Positions 7,829 to 17,437 are shown, numbered from the stretch's first letter. The stretch: DNA of 64,000 bases from Chloroflexota bacterium (GCA_013112575.1 JABFGG010000005.1:149497-213496); one strand, 5' to 3'. Program-made: numbers and translations. Notes: generated from the sequence alone by a model not told the origin.

Positions 7829-8437
7829 ATGCAAAGCACTCGCCAGAAAATCCTCACCCACCTTGACAGCCACCACTCCGCTTCGGCAGTGGAGATCAGC
7901 CGCGCTTTAGGTATGACCAGGGCCAATGTGCGACACCATTTGAATGTGCTGCAGGAAACGGGGTTAGTGGAATTAGCAGGTCAATTACCCAATGAGGGAC
8001 GCGGCCGCCCTACCCTGCTTTACATGGCTACACACCAAGCACAAACTAATAATCTCGGGAGACTTGCTTCGGTTTTGATCAAAGAGTTCGTGGTCAAACA
8101 AAAACGGAATGTTGGTAAGCGCCTGCAACGCATGGCGAAGATATTGGGTGATGGTATAGATAAAAGTGGCTCGATCACTCAACGGCTATACGCAAGCACC
8201 CGTCATCTCAACAGCATGCAGTACAACTCCCATTGGGAAGCGCATGCCGATGGGCCGCGCGTGATCTTCGGGCAATGCCCCTATGCTGCTATTATTGAAG
8301 AGCACCCGGAATTATGTTCAATGGATGCTTTGTTTTTAAAGGATATGCTAGGGATGGAGGTGGAACAGCTTGGCAAGATAGAGTACAAGCCGGATGGCAT
8401 GCCGCATTGCATCTTCGCAGTGCAAAACACCCCTTAG
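7829..8437 (+). CDS. winged-helix (ArsR/DeoR-like) transcriptional regulator with C-terminal CX12CX30C motif, SufR-like
   Basis: N-terminal HTH RQKILTHLDSHHSASAVEISRALGMTRANVRHHLNVLQETGLVE. C-terminal FGQC-PYAAIIEEHPEL-C-(30 aa)-C. Confidence 0.7.
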   Translation: MQSTRQKILTHLDSHHSASAVEISRALGMTRANVRHHLNVLQETGLVELAGQLPNEGRGRPTLLYMATHQAQTNNLGRLASVLIKEFVVKQKRNVGKRLQRMAKILGDGIDKSGSITQRLYASTRHLNSMQYNSHWEAHADGPRVIFGQCPYAAIIEEHPELCSMDALFLKDMLGMEVEQLGKIEYKPDGMPHCIFAVQNTP

Positions 8438-8520
8438 TCAGTGCACATTTCATCAAGCACAATCGGGGTTGGAAATAAAAAGTAATGATAATATGAACAG
8501 GTTCAACCAGCAGATCTGAT

Positions 8521-10575
8521 ATGAAACACAGATTCTTAATTGCCCTTTTCATCGCCCTCCTGTTTGGCAGCGCCCAGGCCAGTTTCGCCGCGCCTGTTTC
8601 ACAGGAAGCCAGCGAGATCATCTCATTAATTAATGAGTATCGTGCCGAAAACGACCTGGCTCCCCTCAACATCAATGCCCAACTAACCAGCGCCGCACAA
8701 ACCCAGGCCAGTTACCAGGCCTCCATTAATACACTGACGCACAATGGCGCAGGTGGCACATCGGCCACGGACAGGGCAGTCGCGGCAGGCTATGGCGCCA
8801 GCGGTACTCCCTTCATTAGCGAGATCATTTATGCCGGGGGCAACGCTACCCCTGAGAGAGCGCTTAGTTGGTGGAAAAGCTCCAACATCCACAACCCCAT
8901 CATGTTGTCGCTGGTGCGTCACGAGATCGGGGCAGCCGTAGCCACTTCAAATGGGCAAACTTATTACACCGTAGTATTCGGCAATATTCCCGGCCAAACG
9001 ACAGCACTACCACTGGATGCAGACCCGGGCAGTTTGCAAACCGCAGTTCCCACCGACGACGCAGTGATCGCAGCCACCCCCGCTCCTGATGGTTCTATCC
9101 TGCATCTGGTGCAAGCTGGTGAGACGCTGGAAGACATTGCGGCTGCTTATGGCATTTCTGTAGCAGAGCTACAGGCACTGAACAACCTGCAAGAGGGGGA
9201 TGACTTGCCGGTGGCTCTGGTCATTCAGGAGCCTTTGCCGCTAGACCAGATCACTCCTCAAGTTGCCACCGCAACCCTTGTACCGCCAAGCGCAACACCC
9301 TCCCCTGTCACAGTCGACATCCCCACAGCAACGCCCGCTGGCGGGGCTGGTGGGGTAGACGAAGGTGGAAGCGGCTCAACCTCAGGGGAAACGGAGGCAT
9401 CACCACCCAATCAAGGGGTAATTTTCACGACCATATCTTTATTGATCGCCCTACTTGTGTCCCTGGTGTTGAATGTATGGTTATTCCGTTCACGGGAGCA
9501 ATTGCTAAATGAGCTAGACCCCGAACGCCAATCTCGCCGTCGCGGTGTCATCACGCGCGACGCCTTTGCCGAGTTGAGTTACGACGAGCAACGTGAGCGC
9601 TTAGAGGACCTTGCCAGGGTCGCCCTCGAAGACTACCCTCTTGAGGTGACAAACATCACCCCACTGCAATACCAGTTAAACGCTTCCTTCCAGGTTGAGG
9701 GCAAACCCACAGATATTGAAGACGGAGAATCACAGCGTTTCTTTTTACGCATCAGTGCACCGGATTACCAGTCTCAGGACAATATCCGCTCTGAGATGGT
9801 CTATCTGAAATACATCCGGGATAACTCCGACCTCAAGGTGCCCAATCCGCTGGCTACCCACATAGGCGAGTTGATGACCACCGCCGAATCCTTACAAGTT
9901 CCCGAGCCACGCAATGTCATTATGCTGCGCTGGCAGGAAGGCGGCGCTTTGCCCGAAGATGAATTAGGGTCCACCGAACTGGAAAAAGTGGGCGCCTTCA
10001 TGGCCAAATTGCACAACCTGGCAGAAGCATTTGAAGAGCCGGATTATTTCGTGCGCAAACGCTGGGATGTGGACGGCTTGATGGGGGAGAACCTGGACGT
10101 GTCCGTTGACCGGGCCCATGCCAACCTCACAGCAGAACAACTCGTAACCATCAACGCCGCTCTCAAACGCGTGGAGCAGGCTGCTCATGTCCTTGGGGAA
10201 AGTCGCGATACCTTTGGACTGATCCACGCCGACCTCCACCAGAAGAATTACATCTTCGAAAATGGTGTGGTGCGGGCCATTGATTTCGACACTCTGGGTT
10301 GGGGTTATTACGTCTATGACATTGCCGTAACCTTCTCACGTTTGCTGCACCGCAAAGACCTGGGCACGCTGCGCGAAGCTTTCTTACGAGGCTACCGCGG
10401 CGAACGCTCCCTGCCGCCCATCCACGAACAACAGATCGTGCCCCTCGTGGCTGCCCGTCTGGTGACAACCACCTTGTGGTTGGCGGGGCATGCAGAAGAT
10501 ACCATCTTCAAAGACGTGGCCCCCAAGCAGATTGACCATCAGGTCCAGCATTTACGGGCCTTCTTGCAGCGCTAG
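8521..10575 (+). CDS. membrane protein: signal peptide, CAP/SCP domain, LysM, TM helix, cytoplasmic APH-fold (protein-kinase-like) phosphotransferase domain; catalytic motifs intact
   Basis: 684 aa. WWKSSNIHNPIM (CAP), ILHLVQAGETLEDIAAAYGISVAELQALNNL (LysM), TM GVIFTTISLLIALLVSLVLNVWLF, then HADLHQKN and IDFD kinase motifs. Confidence 0.8.
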   Translation: MKHRFLIALFIALLFGSAQASFAAPVSQEASEIISLINEYRAENDLAPLNINAQLTSAAQTQASYQASINTLTHNGAGGTSATDRAVAAGYGASGTPFISEIIYAGGNATPERALSWWKSSNIHNPIMLSLVRHEIGAAVATSNGQTYYTVVFGNIPGQTTALPLDADPGSLQTAVPTDDAVIAATPAPDGSILHLVQAGETLEDIAAAYGISVAELQALNNLQEGDDLPVALVIQEPLPLDQITPQVATATLVPPSATPSPVTVDIPTATPAGGAGGVDEGGSGSTSGETEASPPNQGVIFTTISLLIALLVSLVLNVWLFRSREQLLNELDPERQSRRRGVITRDAFAELSYDEQRERLEDLARVALEDYPLEVTNITPLQYQLNASFQVEGKPTDIEDGESQRFFLRISAPDYQSQDNIRSEMVYLKYIRDNSDLKVPNPLATHIGELMTTAESLQVPEPRNVIMLRWQEGGALPEDELGSTELEKVGAFMAKLHNLAEAFEEPDYFVRKRWDVDGLMGENLDVSVDRAHANLTAEQLVTINAALKRVEQAAHVLGESRDTFGLIHADLHQKNYIFENGVVRAIDFDTLGWGYYVYDIAVTFSRLLHRKDLGTLREAFLRGYRGERSLPPIHEQQIVPLVAARLVTTTLWLAGHAEDTIFKDVAPKQIDHQVQHLRAFLQR

Positions 10576-10732
10576 GGTTCCATCAAAACAGATTAGACTA
10601 GTTGTAATGCTGAAAGACGGAACCCCATGCTCCGTCTTCAAATCCCCCACTAATCTTCATTAAACTGCAAACATGGTAAGATTCCGGCGCGATGATCCAA
10701 CCGCGCTGGACCCACTAATCCCCTGAATTTCG

Positions 10733-12892
10733 ATGCGTAAACTACTCATCAGCCTGGTTTTTGCTGCCTTTGTGCTGCCTATCTGGCAGGTCTCTGCTTC
10801 ACCCTCTCCCGAGCCTGGCAGCGCCCCCCTGTTAACTCCCAGCCAGATCATTAGTGGCATTAACAGCTACCGCGCCGCCAATGGCCTGCCATCCTACCAG
10901 AGCAACAGCACTCTGATGCAATTGGCGCAGGGCCAGGCGGACTACCAGGCTTCAATTGAAACTGTGACGCACACCGGGCCGGGAGGCACGCGTCCCATCG
11001 ACCGGGCCTATTCCATCGGGTATGGGAATGGCAACACCGTTTTCGTTTCAGAGATCATTTACGGAGGCTATACCGCTACGGTTGATATCGCCATCACCTG
11101 GTGGAAAGGTTCCAGCATCCATAACAGCACTATGCTGGCTTCCACCTACCAGGAGATCGGGGCGGGTGTGGCCTCATCGGGGGATCGCATGTTCTTCACT
11201 GCCGTCACCGGCTATGTAGTGGGCGCTCCAGCACCTGAAAATGCAGGCGTCCCCATCGTTGCAGGCGATGATGAAACCAGTACCGAGAGCGAAGCTCCTT
11301 CCGTACCTTCCATCATCATTATCCCTGTCACAAAATCGGAGCCACGCGAGGATGGCTCCATCATCCATACCGTGCGCACGGGTCAAGCCCTCTGGAATAT
11401 TGCCGCAGTTTATGACGTCCCGCTGGAAGAATTGTTAGAGATCAATAACCTGCCCCAAAACGCCATCATCTTTTCCGGCGATGAAATCATCGTTCAGGAA
11501 GCCACAGAGCCGGTCGTAGAAGTTGAGCCAACTACAGATTCCCAGATTGATACTCCTGAACCAACCGAAGCCGTCGCGCCAACCATAGCTCCAACGGAGG
11601 CCGCGGCCATTGTTGAAGAAGCAACTGCAGACGAAGCCGAAGTTAACACTAGTGCCTCGGCCGTCGCTGCCTTACCCCCGGCAGAACAACCTGGCATCAC
11701 GGGGTTCTTCCAAGGCTCCACAGCCCGTTGGATCATGGTGATTGCTTTTGTAGGACTGTTAGGCGTGTTGGGGACCAGCCTGGTGATGCAACAACGTACA
11801 GTCGAAACCGCGACAGTAACCGGCAACCTCGACCCACTGACCACACCGTTAAACGTTGCGCTCTCTTCAGAGTCACAGGAAGAAAAACAATTCGAAGAAT
11901 TACCCAGGAAAGAACAGTTTGAGCACCTGCAACGTCTAGGGGAAGTGGCTTTGATGACCTACGATCTGAAGATCGAAGATATCAAGCCGCATAATCATTG
12001 GCTCAACGCCAGCTTCAAATTACTCAGTGCCTCCGAAGATGGGGCAGATAACCCAGACTATTTATTGCGGATTCATCATCCCAAACTCCACACAGCTGCC
12101 AGAGTACGTTCCGAGATGCAATGGTTGGCACACTTGAGAGAGCATGCAGACCTCCAAGCTCCTGAACCAATTAAGAACATCGAAGACAAATGGGTGACCA
12201 TGATGGATGCGCCCGGCGTACCCGAGAAGCGGGCTTGCACGATACTCACGTGGCCGTCAGGAAAACAACTCACTGCCAAGCAAGTCACTCAAAAGAAAAT
12301 GGGGCAGGTAGGCGCGTGGCTAGCCCGATTACATGAAGCAGGTCAGGAATTCGACCCACCGAAAGGATTCACGCGTCCCAAGTGGGATTGGGCCGGATTG
12401 CAAGGCAAAGCTTTTAATGTAAAGCGAGATGCAGCACGCGCTGATCTCAGTGATGAACAGCTTGAAATCCTGGATGCTGCAAAAGAGCAAATCAAAGACA
12501 CCATGGGACAACTGGAAAAAAGGAAAAACGCTCTCGGCTTGATCCATGGAAATTTAGGTGTTGACAATCTGGTATTTGACGGCGATGAGGCCAAAGCCAC
12601 AGACTTTGCTGCCAGTGGCTGGGGCTATTATGTTTATGATCTGGCCGTCACTCTACACAGCCTGGCAAATCGTGATAACCTGCCCAAACTCGAAACCGCA
12701 TTGTTGAAAGGCTATCGTAATGTTCGCCCTTTGCCGGACGAAGAAGCTACCAATATAAAAACCTTAATGGCCGGGCGCAGCATGTCACAGGTTTATTTGA
12801 TGACAGCCCTTATCGACCAACCAGCCTTCCATAAACAGGCCGAAGAACGTATCCAGGAACAATTCGACTATTTAGCCACATACCTAATTTAG
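10733..12892 (+). CDS. paralog of the preceding gene with the same architecture; catalytic Asp replaced (predicted pseudokinase)
   Basis: 719 aa. WWKGSSIHNSTM (CAP), IIHTVRTGQALWNIAAVYDVPLEELLEINNL (LysM), TM WIMVIAFVGLLGVLGTSLVM, then HGNLGVDN and TDFA in place of HxD...N and IDFD. Confidence 0.8.
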   Translation: MRKLLISLVFAAFVLPIWQVSASPSPEPGSAPLLTPSQIISGINSYRAANGLPSYQSNSTLMQLAQGQADYQASIETVTHTGPGGTRPIDRAYSIGYGNGNTVFVSEIIYGGYTATVDIAITWWKGSSIHNSTMLASTYQEIGAGVASSGDRMFFTAVTGYVVGAPAPENAGVPIVAGDDETSTESEAPSVPSIIIIPVTKSEPREDGSIIHTVRTGQALWNIAAVYDVPLEELLEINNLPQNAIIFSGDEIIVQEATEPVVEVEPTTDSQIDTPEPTEAVAPTIAPTEAAAIVEEATADEAEVNTSASAVAALPPAEQPGITGFFQGSTARWIMVIAFVGLLGVLGTSLVMQQRTVETATVTGNLDPLTTPLNVALSSESQEEKQFEELPRKEQFEHLQRLGEVALMTYDLKIEDIKPHNHWLNASFKLLSASEDGADNPDYLLRIHHPKLHTAARVRSEMQWLAHLREHADLQAPEPIKNIEDKWVTMMDAPGVPEKRACTILTWPSGKQLTAKQVTQKKMGQVGAWLARLHEAGQEFDPPKGFTRPKWDWAGLQGKAFNVKRDAARADLSDEQLEILDAAKEQIKDTMGQLEKRKNALGLIHGNLGVDNLVFDGDEAKATDFAASGWGYYVYDLAVTLHSLANRDNLPKLETALLKGYRNVRPLPDEEATNIKTLMAGRSMSQVYLMTALIDQPAFHKQAEERIQEQFDYLATYLI

Positions 12893-12918
12893 AGACGCAA
12901 TAGCCAAGAGGAGAAGGC

Positions 12919-13638
12919 GTGCAACTTACAAACATCGAACCCACGCGTCGCGGCGAGTTCTGGGCGGGAGCTAAAGCTACCATTCCATTAATTGTGGGGG
13001 CCATACCATTCGGAATTATCTTTGGCGCGCTGGCTGTGCGCAGTGGCTTTTCGCCTGCCGGGGCCGCGGGTATGTCGTTTTTCGTGTTTGCCGGTTCATC
13101 CCAGTTTATCGCCACCAGCCTGGCCGCAGGCGGAGCCACCACCCTTTTCATCGTGCTGACCACCTTTGTGGTCAATCTGCGCCATGCACTATATTCGGCT
13201 ACCTTGGGGCCCTACGTCAAACACCTGCCCCAGCGGTGGCTGCTGCCGCTTGGCTTCTGGCTTACCGATGAATCTTTTGTTGTGGCCGTGCAACGTTACC
13301 GTGCTGAAGACAGCTCACCATACAAACATTGGTTCTTTTTGGGTTCAGCCGTGTTCATGTATGCCAACTGGAACCTATGTACCTGGATCGGCATCTTCAC
13401 CGGGCAGGCCATACCACCGGAATGGGGCCTGGAGTTTGCCATGGTAGTGACCTTCATCGGCATGCTGGTCCCGCTGATCATTGGCCGCCCCACCCTGGTT
13501 GCTGTATTTGTCGCAGGGGTCACAGCAGTACTGGCCAACAATCTGCCCAATCGCCTGGGACTGCTGGTAGCTGCTATGTTAGGTATCTTGGCCGGGGTCC
13601 TGGCAGAACGTTTCTTTGGGGAGCCGGACAATGAATGA
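12919..13638 (+). CDS. azlC: AzlC family branched-chain amino acid exporter subunit
   Basis: 239-aa polytopic protein with AzlC-like sequence, followed by azlD. GTG start with an AGGAGAAGG ribosome-binding site (RBS). Confidence 0.8.
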   Translation: MQLTNIEPTRRGEFWAGAKATIPLIVGAIPFGIIFGALAVRSGFSPAGAAGMSFFVFAGSSQFIATSLAAGGATTLFIVLTTFVVNLRHALYSATLGPYVKHLPQRWLLPLGFWLTDESFVVAVQRYRAEDSSPYKHWFFLGSAVFMYANWNLCTWIGIFTGQAIPPEWGLEFAMVVTFIGMLVPLIIGRPTLVAVFVAGVTAVLANNLPNRLGLLVAAMLGILAGVLAERFFGEPDNE

Positions 13639-13948
13639 ATGGCTGACCATTTTCGGTATGATGCTGGTGACCTTTGGGGTGCGTTATCCGGTGCTGGCGC
13701 TTGTCGGTAAGATACCTTTACCTGACCCCATCTTTCGTTCGCTCAAATACGTGCCACCTGCTGTTTTGACCGCCATCATCGTGCCCGAAATCCTGTTGAC
13801 TGATGGGCGTATTGACCTGGCGTTCAATAATGCTCCCCTTTTTGCGGGTATCCTCGCAGGTCTGGTGGCCTGGCGCAGTAAGAATCTGCTACTGACGATA
13901 GTTTTGGGCATGTTGGCCTTGTGGGGCTGGACGTGGCTGATTTCGTAA
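13631..13948 (+). CDS. azlD: AzlD family branched-chain amino acid transport protein
   Basis: Small hydrophobic protein overlapping the azlC stop. ATG 13631 ([11 protein letters not shown]) with GGGGAG upstream. Confidence 0.75.
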   Translation: MNEWLTIFGMMLVTFGVRYPVLALVGKIPLPDPIFRSLKYVPPAVLTAIIVPEILLTDGRIDLAFNNAPLFAGILAGLVAWRSKNLLLTIVLGMLALWGWTWLIS

Positions 13949-13999
13949 GCTAAACTTTTAATTAACCAAATAACGTTCCTATAGGGAAGGAAAGAATTC

Positions 14000-14557
14000 A
14001 TGAACACCATACGAAAAATCTTTTGGATCTTAAATAAGTTCTTTATGGTGCCTGCCTTTCGCCTGGGGCTTGGTCCCCTTCTCGGCACGCCCATTAGCGG
14101 CTATGTGATGATCATCAAGAACACGGGCCACAAGACAGGAAAACTGCGCTGGACGCCTGTGAACTACGCTATCAAGGATGGCTGCGTATACTGCCTGGCA
14201 GGCTTTGGTAAGGTCGCCCATTGGTATAAGAACATCAAAGCCAAACCATCAGTTGAATTGTTGCTGCCATCAGGCGCAGTAGCCGCCGAGGCCAGGGAAT
14301 TACTAGCGTCACCAGAACGCTTGACAATCATGCGCCAGATACTCAAGAACTCTGGCTTTGCAGCTTTTCTCTTCGGGATCAATCCCTTTACGGTTTCTGA
14401 CAGTGTCCTGGAAGAAAAAACCCAGGATTACATTGTGCTGGGCCTCGAACCAAAAGGTATTGGTTCTGGAGCAGCCGACCCGGGCGGCTGGTTATGGCTC
14501 TTACCAACTTTTGCAACCATCCTGCTGATCTGGTGGTTATTAGTTTCTTTCCGGTGA
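14000..14557 (+). CDS. nitroreductase/deazaflavin-dependent oxidoreductase family (DUF385-like) protein with C-terminal hydrophobic anchor
   Basis: GYVMIIKNTGHKTGKLRWTPVNYAIKDGCVYCLAGFGKVAHWYKNIKAKPSVEL matches the DUF385/F420-binding split-barrel pattern. Confidence 0.6.
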   Translation: MNTIRKIFWILNKFFMVPAFRLGLGPLLGTPISGYVMIIKNTGHKTGKLRWTPVNYAIKDGCVYCLAGFGKVAHWYKNIKAKPSVELLLPSGAVAAEARELLASPERLTIMRQILKNSGFAAFLFGINPFTVSDSVLEEKTQDYIVLGLEPKGIGSGAADPGGWLWLLPTFATILLIWWLLVSFR

Positions 14558-14578
14558 TTGTTTTGACTTTGGTATAAA

Positions 14579-15082
14579 ATGGAAACTACTCACACTGAGG
14601 AGAACATCGTGGAAATACCAATTCCAGCACAGGGGTTTTCAGAAAACCAACTTGCAGTCCGTACAGCCGGATTCTGGGGGGGACCAAAGATCTTATACAA
14701 TGGTGAAGTCGCAGCAAAGGGTGAAGAACGAGGTACCTTTGTAGCGACAAATACAAACGGTACCCAATCAGTTTTACGCATCCGGCCCTCCCTTTTTGGC
14801 TTCGACCCGATACCAAAAGTTGAAATTGATGGTCAGGAATACACCTTAGCGCCTCCCCTTCAATGGTTCGTGATCATTTGGGCCATTGCCCCTATACTGA
14901 TGATTCCAATTGGAGGCGCGCTTGGTTCCCTGTTTGGATTGATTGCAGCCGCAGTAAATCTCCGCATATTCCGCACAGAAATGAGTACGATAGTTAAATA
15001 TCTCGTTTCGGCTTTTGTTTCAATATCAGCAATTGTAGCTTTCTTAATAGCTGCGATACTCCTAAGTACTGTTTTGCAATAA
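14579..15082 (+). CDS. hypothetical membrane protein
   Basis: 167-aa ORF with three C-terminal hydrophobic helices. No recognisable motif. Confidence 0.45.
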   Translation: METTHTEENIVEIPIPAQGFSENQLAVRTAGFWGGPKILYNGEVAAKGEERGTFVATNTNGTQSVLRIRPSLFGFDPIPKVEIDGQEYTLAPPLQWFVIIWAIAPILMIPIGGALGSLFGLIAAAVNLRIFRTEMSTIVKYLVSAFVSISAIVAFLIAAILLSTVLQ

Positions 15083-15127
15083 ATCGTTTCGAAGTTCTGC
15101 TATTCAAATAGTATAAAATCCAAGCTC

Positions 15128-15156
15128 TTGACACTCATTTCAGGATAGGATAATAT
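15128..15156 (+). promoter_or_regulatory. sigma70-type promoter of the SRPBCC-VOC-arsR operon
   Basis: TTGACA (15128-15133), a 17-nt spacer, then TAATAT (15151-15156). Confidence 0.6.
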
Positions 15157-15173
15157 GTAACCATTCAGTTACA
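15156..15173. promoter_or_regulatory. candidate ArsR-family operator (inverted repeat TGTAAC-N6-GTTACA) at the predicted transcription start
   Basis: TGTAACCATTCAGTTACA immediately follows the -10 box. The operon ends with an ArsR-family gene. Confidence 0.45.
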
Positions 15174-15185
15174 CAAGGTTGTTTC

Positions 15186-15638
15186 TTGTCCGCAGAGCCA
15201 CTCAGCATCTCACTCAATATCGAAATTCACGCCCACCCTGAAGATGTGTGGGCTATTGTTGGCAGTGCTGAAGGCATGACGCGTTGGCTAGGCATGACTG
15301 GCTTTCAGCCCAATTCTGGGGCAGAATGGGAAATGTATGTAACCACAGACTACGGGGAATTCCACTTCTATGGAGAAGTTGTAAAAGTTGAGCCGCCCAG
15401 TGAGATCGCCTTCACCTGGATCGAGCATGAAAAGGGCAAAGAGCCCTGGCCCACCAGCACTCTCGTCTCGCTCCAGCTTACAGCGACAAAAGATGGCACC
15501 CGCGTGACCCTACTCCACAGCGGCTTTGAGGCGCTGCCGGAAAAACTAGCCTCAACCGAGTGGCAGGGCCATAAACAAGGTTGGGAGAGCCGCAAAGTAT
15601 TACAAGTGCTAAAGCGTTTGATTGAAGAAGGAGAATAA
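15186..15638 (+). CDS. SRPBCC superfamily (Aha1/activator of Hsp90 ATPase-like) protein
   Basis: 150 aa with an Aha1_N-less SRPBCC pattern (VWAIVGSAEGMTRWLG...). TTG start with AAGG upstream. Confidence 0.7.
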   Translation: MSAEPLSISLNIEIHAHPEDVWAIVGSAEGMTRWLGMTGFQPNSGAEWEMYVTTDYGEFHFYGEVVKVEPPSEIAFTWIEHEKGKEPWPTSTLVSLQLTATKDGTRVTLLHSGFEALPEKLASTEWQGHKQGWESRKVLQVLKRLIEEGE

Positions 15639-15641
15639 AAC

Positions 15642-16010
15642 ATGCCCAATGTTTGCCTAATAGAGATCATGGTTCCAGATGTAGAAGCAGCCCGCCAATT
15701 CTATTGCGACAAGCTGGGTTTTGACATACGCAGTGAGGCATATTTACCAGACGTATTAGTGTTGGAGCACGAAGGGGCGGATTTGATCCTCATCAAAACA
15801 GATAAACCGAGCCAACTCGATTATCCTCACGAAGCGACCTCTGTCCTGGTTTTTGAGGTTGAAGACATCCACCTTGCCGAAAAAGAATATAAAAGTAGGG
15901 GAGTTGAGTTTATACGAGAAATCGGGGATGCCCCTCCCGGGCTTTTCACCGCGTTTCGCGATCCTTGGGGCAATGTACACGGATTGATGCAAATCATTCC
16001 ACGGGAATAG
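15642..16010 (+). CDS. VOC/glyoxalase family protein
   Basis: 122 aa. ARQFYCDKLGF...FRDPWGN pattern of glyoxalase/bleomycin-resistance folds. Confidence 0.75.
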   Translation: MPNVCLIEIMVPDVEAARQFYCDKLGFDIRSEAYLPDVLVLEHEGADLILIKTDKPSQLDYPHEATSVLVFEVEDIHLAEKEYKSRGVEFIREIGDAPPGLFTAFRDPWGNVHGLMQIIPRE

Positions 16011-16011
16011 A

Positions 16012-16332
16012 ATGGTCACCCTCTCCCCTTTCAGAGCTATCGGCGACCCCACCCGCCGCGCCATTCTCGACATTCTGCGTGAAGATGGCCCCCAACGCGC
16101 CGGGGAACTGGCCAAACGTATCCCCAGCATCAGCCGCCCGGCTGTCAGCAAGCATTTGCGCATTCTGCGGCAATCGACCCTGGTTGCCCAGCAACACAAA
16201 GGGCGTGAGCGTTGGTATCAAATCAATCCCGCCGCTCTTAAGGAAGTACAAGCCTGGGTGCAGCGCTACGAAAGCTACTGGCAGGATAATTTGCTAAATT
16301 TGAAGGAAATCGTCGAAAGCCAGATCGACTAG
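16012..16332 (+). CDS. ArsR/SmtB family transcriptional regulator
   Basis: FRAIGDPTRRAILDILREDGPQRAGELAKRIPSISRPAVSKHLRILRQSTLV is a canonical ArsR HTH. Confidence 0.85.
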   Translation: MVTLSPFRAIGDPTRRAILDILREDGPQRAGELAKRIPSISRPAVSKHLRILRQSTLVAQQHKGRERWYQINPAALKEVQAWVQRYESYWQDNLLNLKEIVESQID

Positions 16333-16364
16333 AAATTTAGATCATCGAACTGTTGCTCCAAACT

Positions 16365-16394
16365 GGTCGCCAATTGGCGGCCTTTTTTCGTTTT
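16365..16394 (+). terminator. intrinsic terminator after the arsR-family gene
   Basis: GGTCGCC-AATT-GGCGGCC hairpin followed by TTTTTTCGTTTT. Confidence 0.7.
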
Positions 16395-16400
16395 AGCACC

Positions 16401-16428
16401 TTGACAAATACTATAAGTCGATTAGAAT
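16401..16428 (+). promoter_or_regulatory. sigma70-type promoter of the metal ABC transporter operon
   Basis: TTGACA (16401-16406), a 16-nt spacer, then TAGAAT (16423-16428). Confidence 0.55.
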
Positions 16429-16444
16429 TTAGGCTGGCCTAAAT
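16427..16444. promoter_or_regulatory. palindromic operator ATTTAGGC-TG-GCCTAAAT, DtxR/MntR-box-like
   Basis: Perfect 8-bp arms overlapping the -10 box. TTAGGC...GCCTAA resembles DtxR/IdeR-type iron-box half-sites. Confidence 0.5.
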
Positions 16445-16474
16445 AATATTTTAATAGCACGGAGTATTACATAC

Positions 16475-17437
16475 ATGATTAGCCGAAAATTATTAGTCGG
16501 TGCTTTTGTCGCACTGTCTTTCCTCTTAGTTGCCTGTACCTCAAGCGTTGAACCAACAAACAATGACGACGGCATCCTTGACGTGGTCGCAACCATTGGG
16601 CAGATTCAGGATGTGACCGAGAATATCGGTGGTGACCTGGTCGATGTAACTGTGCTGATGGGACAGGGCGTTGATCCCCACCTATACGTACCGATTGAAA
16701 GTGACCTGGAAGCCTTCCAAAATGCGGATGTGATCTTGTACAGTGGCATCAACCTCGAAGCACAGATGATCGACGTAATGAACCAGATCGGGGAAAGCCG
16801 CGGCGTCCCCACCGTGGCAGTTGCCGAAACTATCCCCCAGGCCCAACTGCTGGATTATGCCGGTGGTGGTCCAGGCACATCCGACCCGCACGTATGGGGT
16901 GACGTGGCCTTGTGGTCCTTTGCCGCCGAGTCCATCCGAGACACCCTGGTGGCAGCCGACCCGGATAATGCTGAAATCTACAATGCCAACTATGATGCCT
17001 ACAAAAGCGACCTCGATGCCCTGCATGGCTGGGCTATCGAGAGCATCGCCAGCATCCCAGATGGGCAACGCAAACTGGTGACCGCCCACGATGCCTTCCA
17101 GTATTTCGGCAAGGCTTACAACATAGAGGTGTTTGCGCCGCAGGGCATCTCCACAGCAGCAGAAGCCAGCGTCGCCGACATTCAGACTGCCGTGGACTAC
17201 ATCGTCACCAACGACGTGCCTGCCATCTTCTTTGAGAGCGCTATCCCCATCGACACGGTTGAAGCAATGATCGAAGGCGCTTCGGCACGCGAACACTCCG
17301 TTGAATTGGGCGGCGAATTGTTCGCCGATACTATGGGCGAACCTGGCACACTCGAGGGCACCTATCTAGGCATGATCGAGCACAATGTGACCGTCATCGT
17401 TGAAGCCCTTGGCGGCACTGTGGCTCAATTACCTTGA
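16475..17437 (+). CDS. metal (Mn/Zn/Fe) ABC transporter substrate-binding lipoprotein, TroA/ZnuA/MntC cluster-9 family
   Basis: Lipobox [15 protein letters not shown] and DPHVWGD histidine motifs. [10 protein letters not shown]. Confidence 0.85.
   Translation: MISRKLLVGAFVALSFLLVACTSSVEPTNNDDGILDVVATIGQIQDVTENIGGDLVDVTVLMGQGVDPHLYVPIESDLEAFQNADVILYSGINLEAQMIDVMNQIGESRGVPTVAVAETIPQAQLLDYAGGGPGTSDPHVWGDVALWSFAAESIRDTLVAADPDNAEIYNANYDAYKSDLDALHGWAIESIASIPDGQRKLVTAHDAFQYFGKAYNIEVFAPQGISTAAEASVADIQTAVDYIVTNDVPAIFFESAIPIDTVEAMIEGASAREHSVELGGELFADTMGEPGTLEGTYLGMIEHNVTVIVEALGGTVAQLP

Noticed and set aside
10614-10638. Hairpin AAGACGGA-N9-TCCGTCTT between the two CAP-LysM-kinase paralogs, considered as a terminator.
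   Set aside because: - It is not followed by a U-tract (TCAAATCCCCC).
- It may be a processing or stability element, but I cannot support a terminator call.
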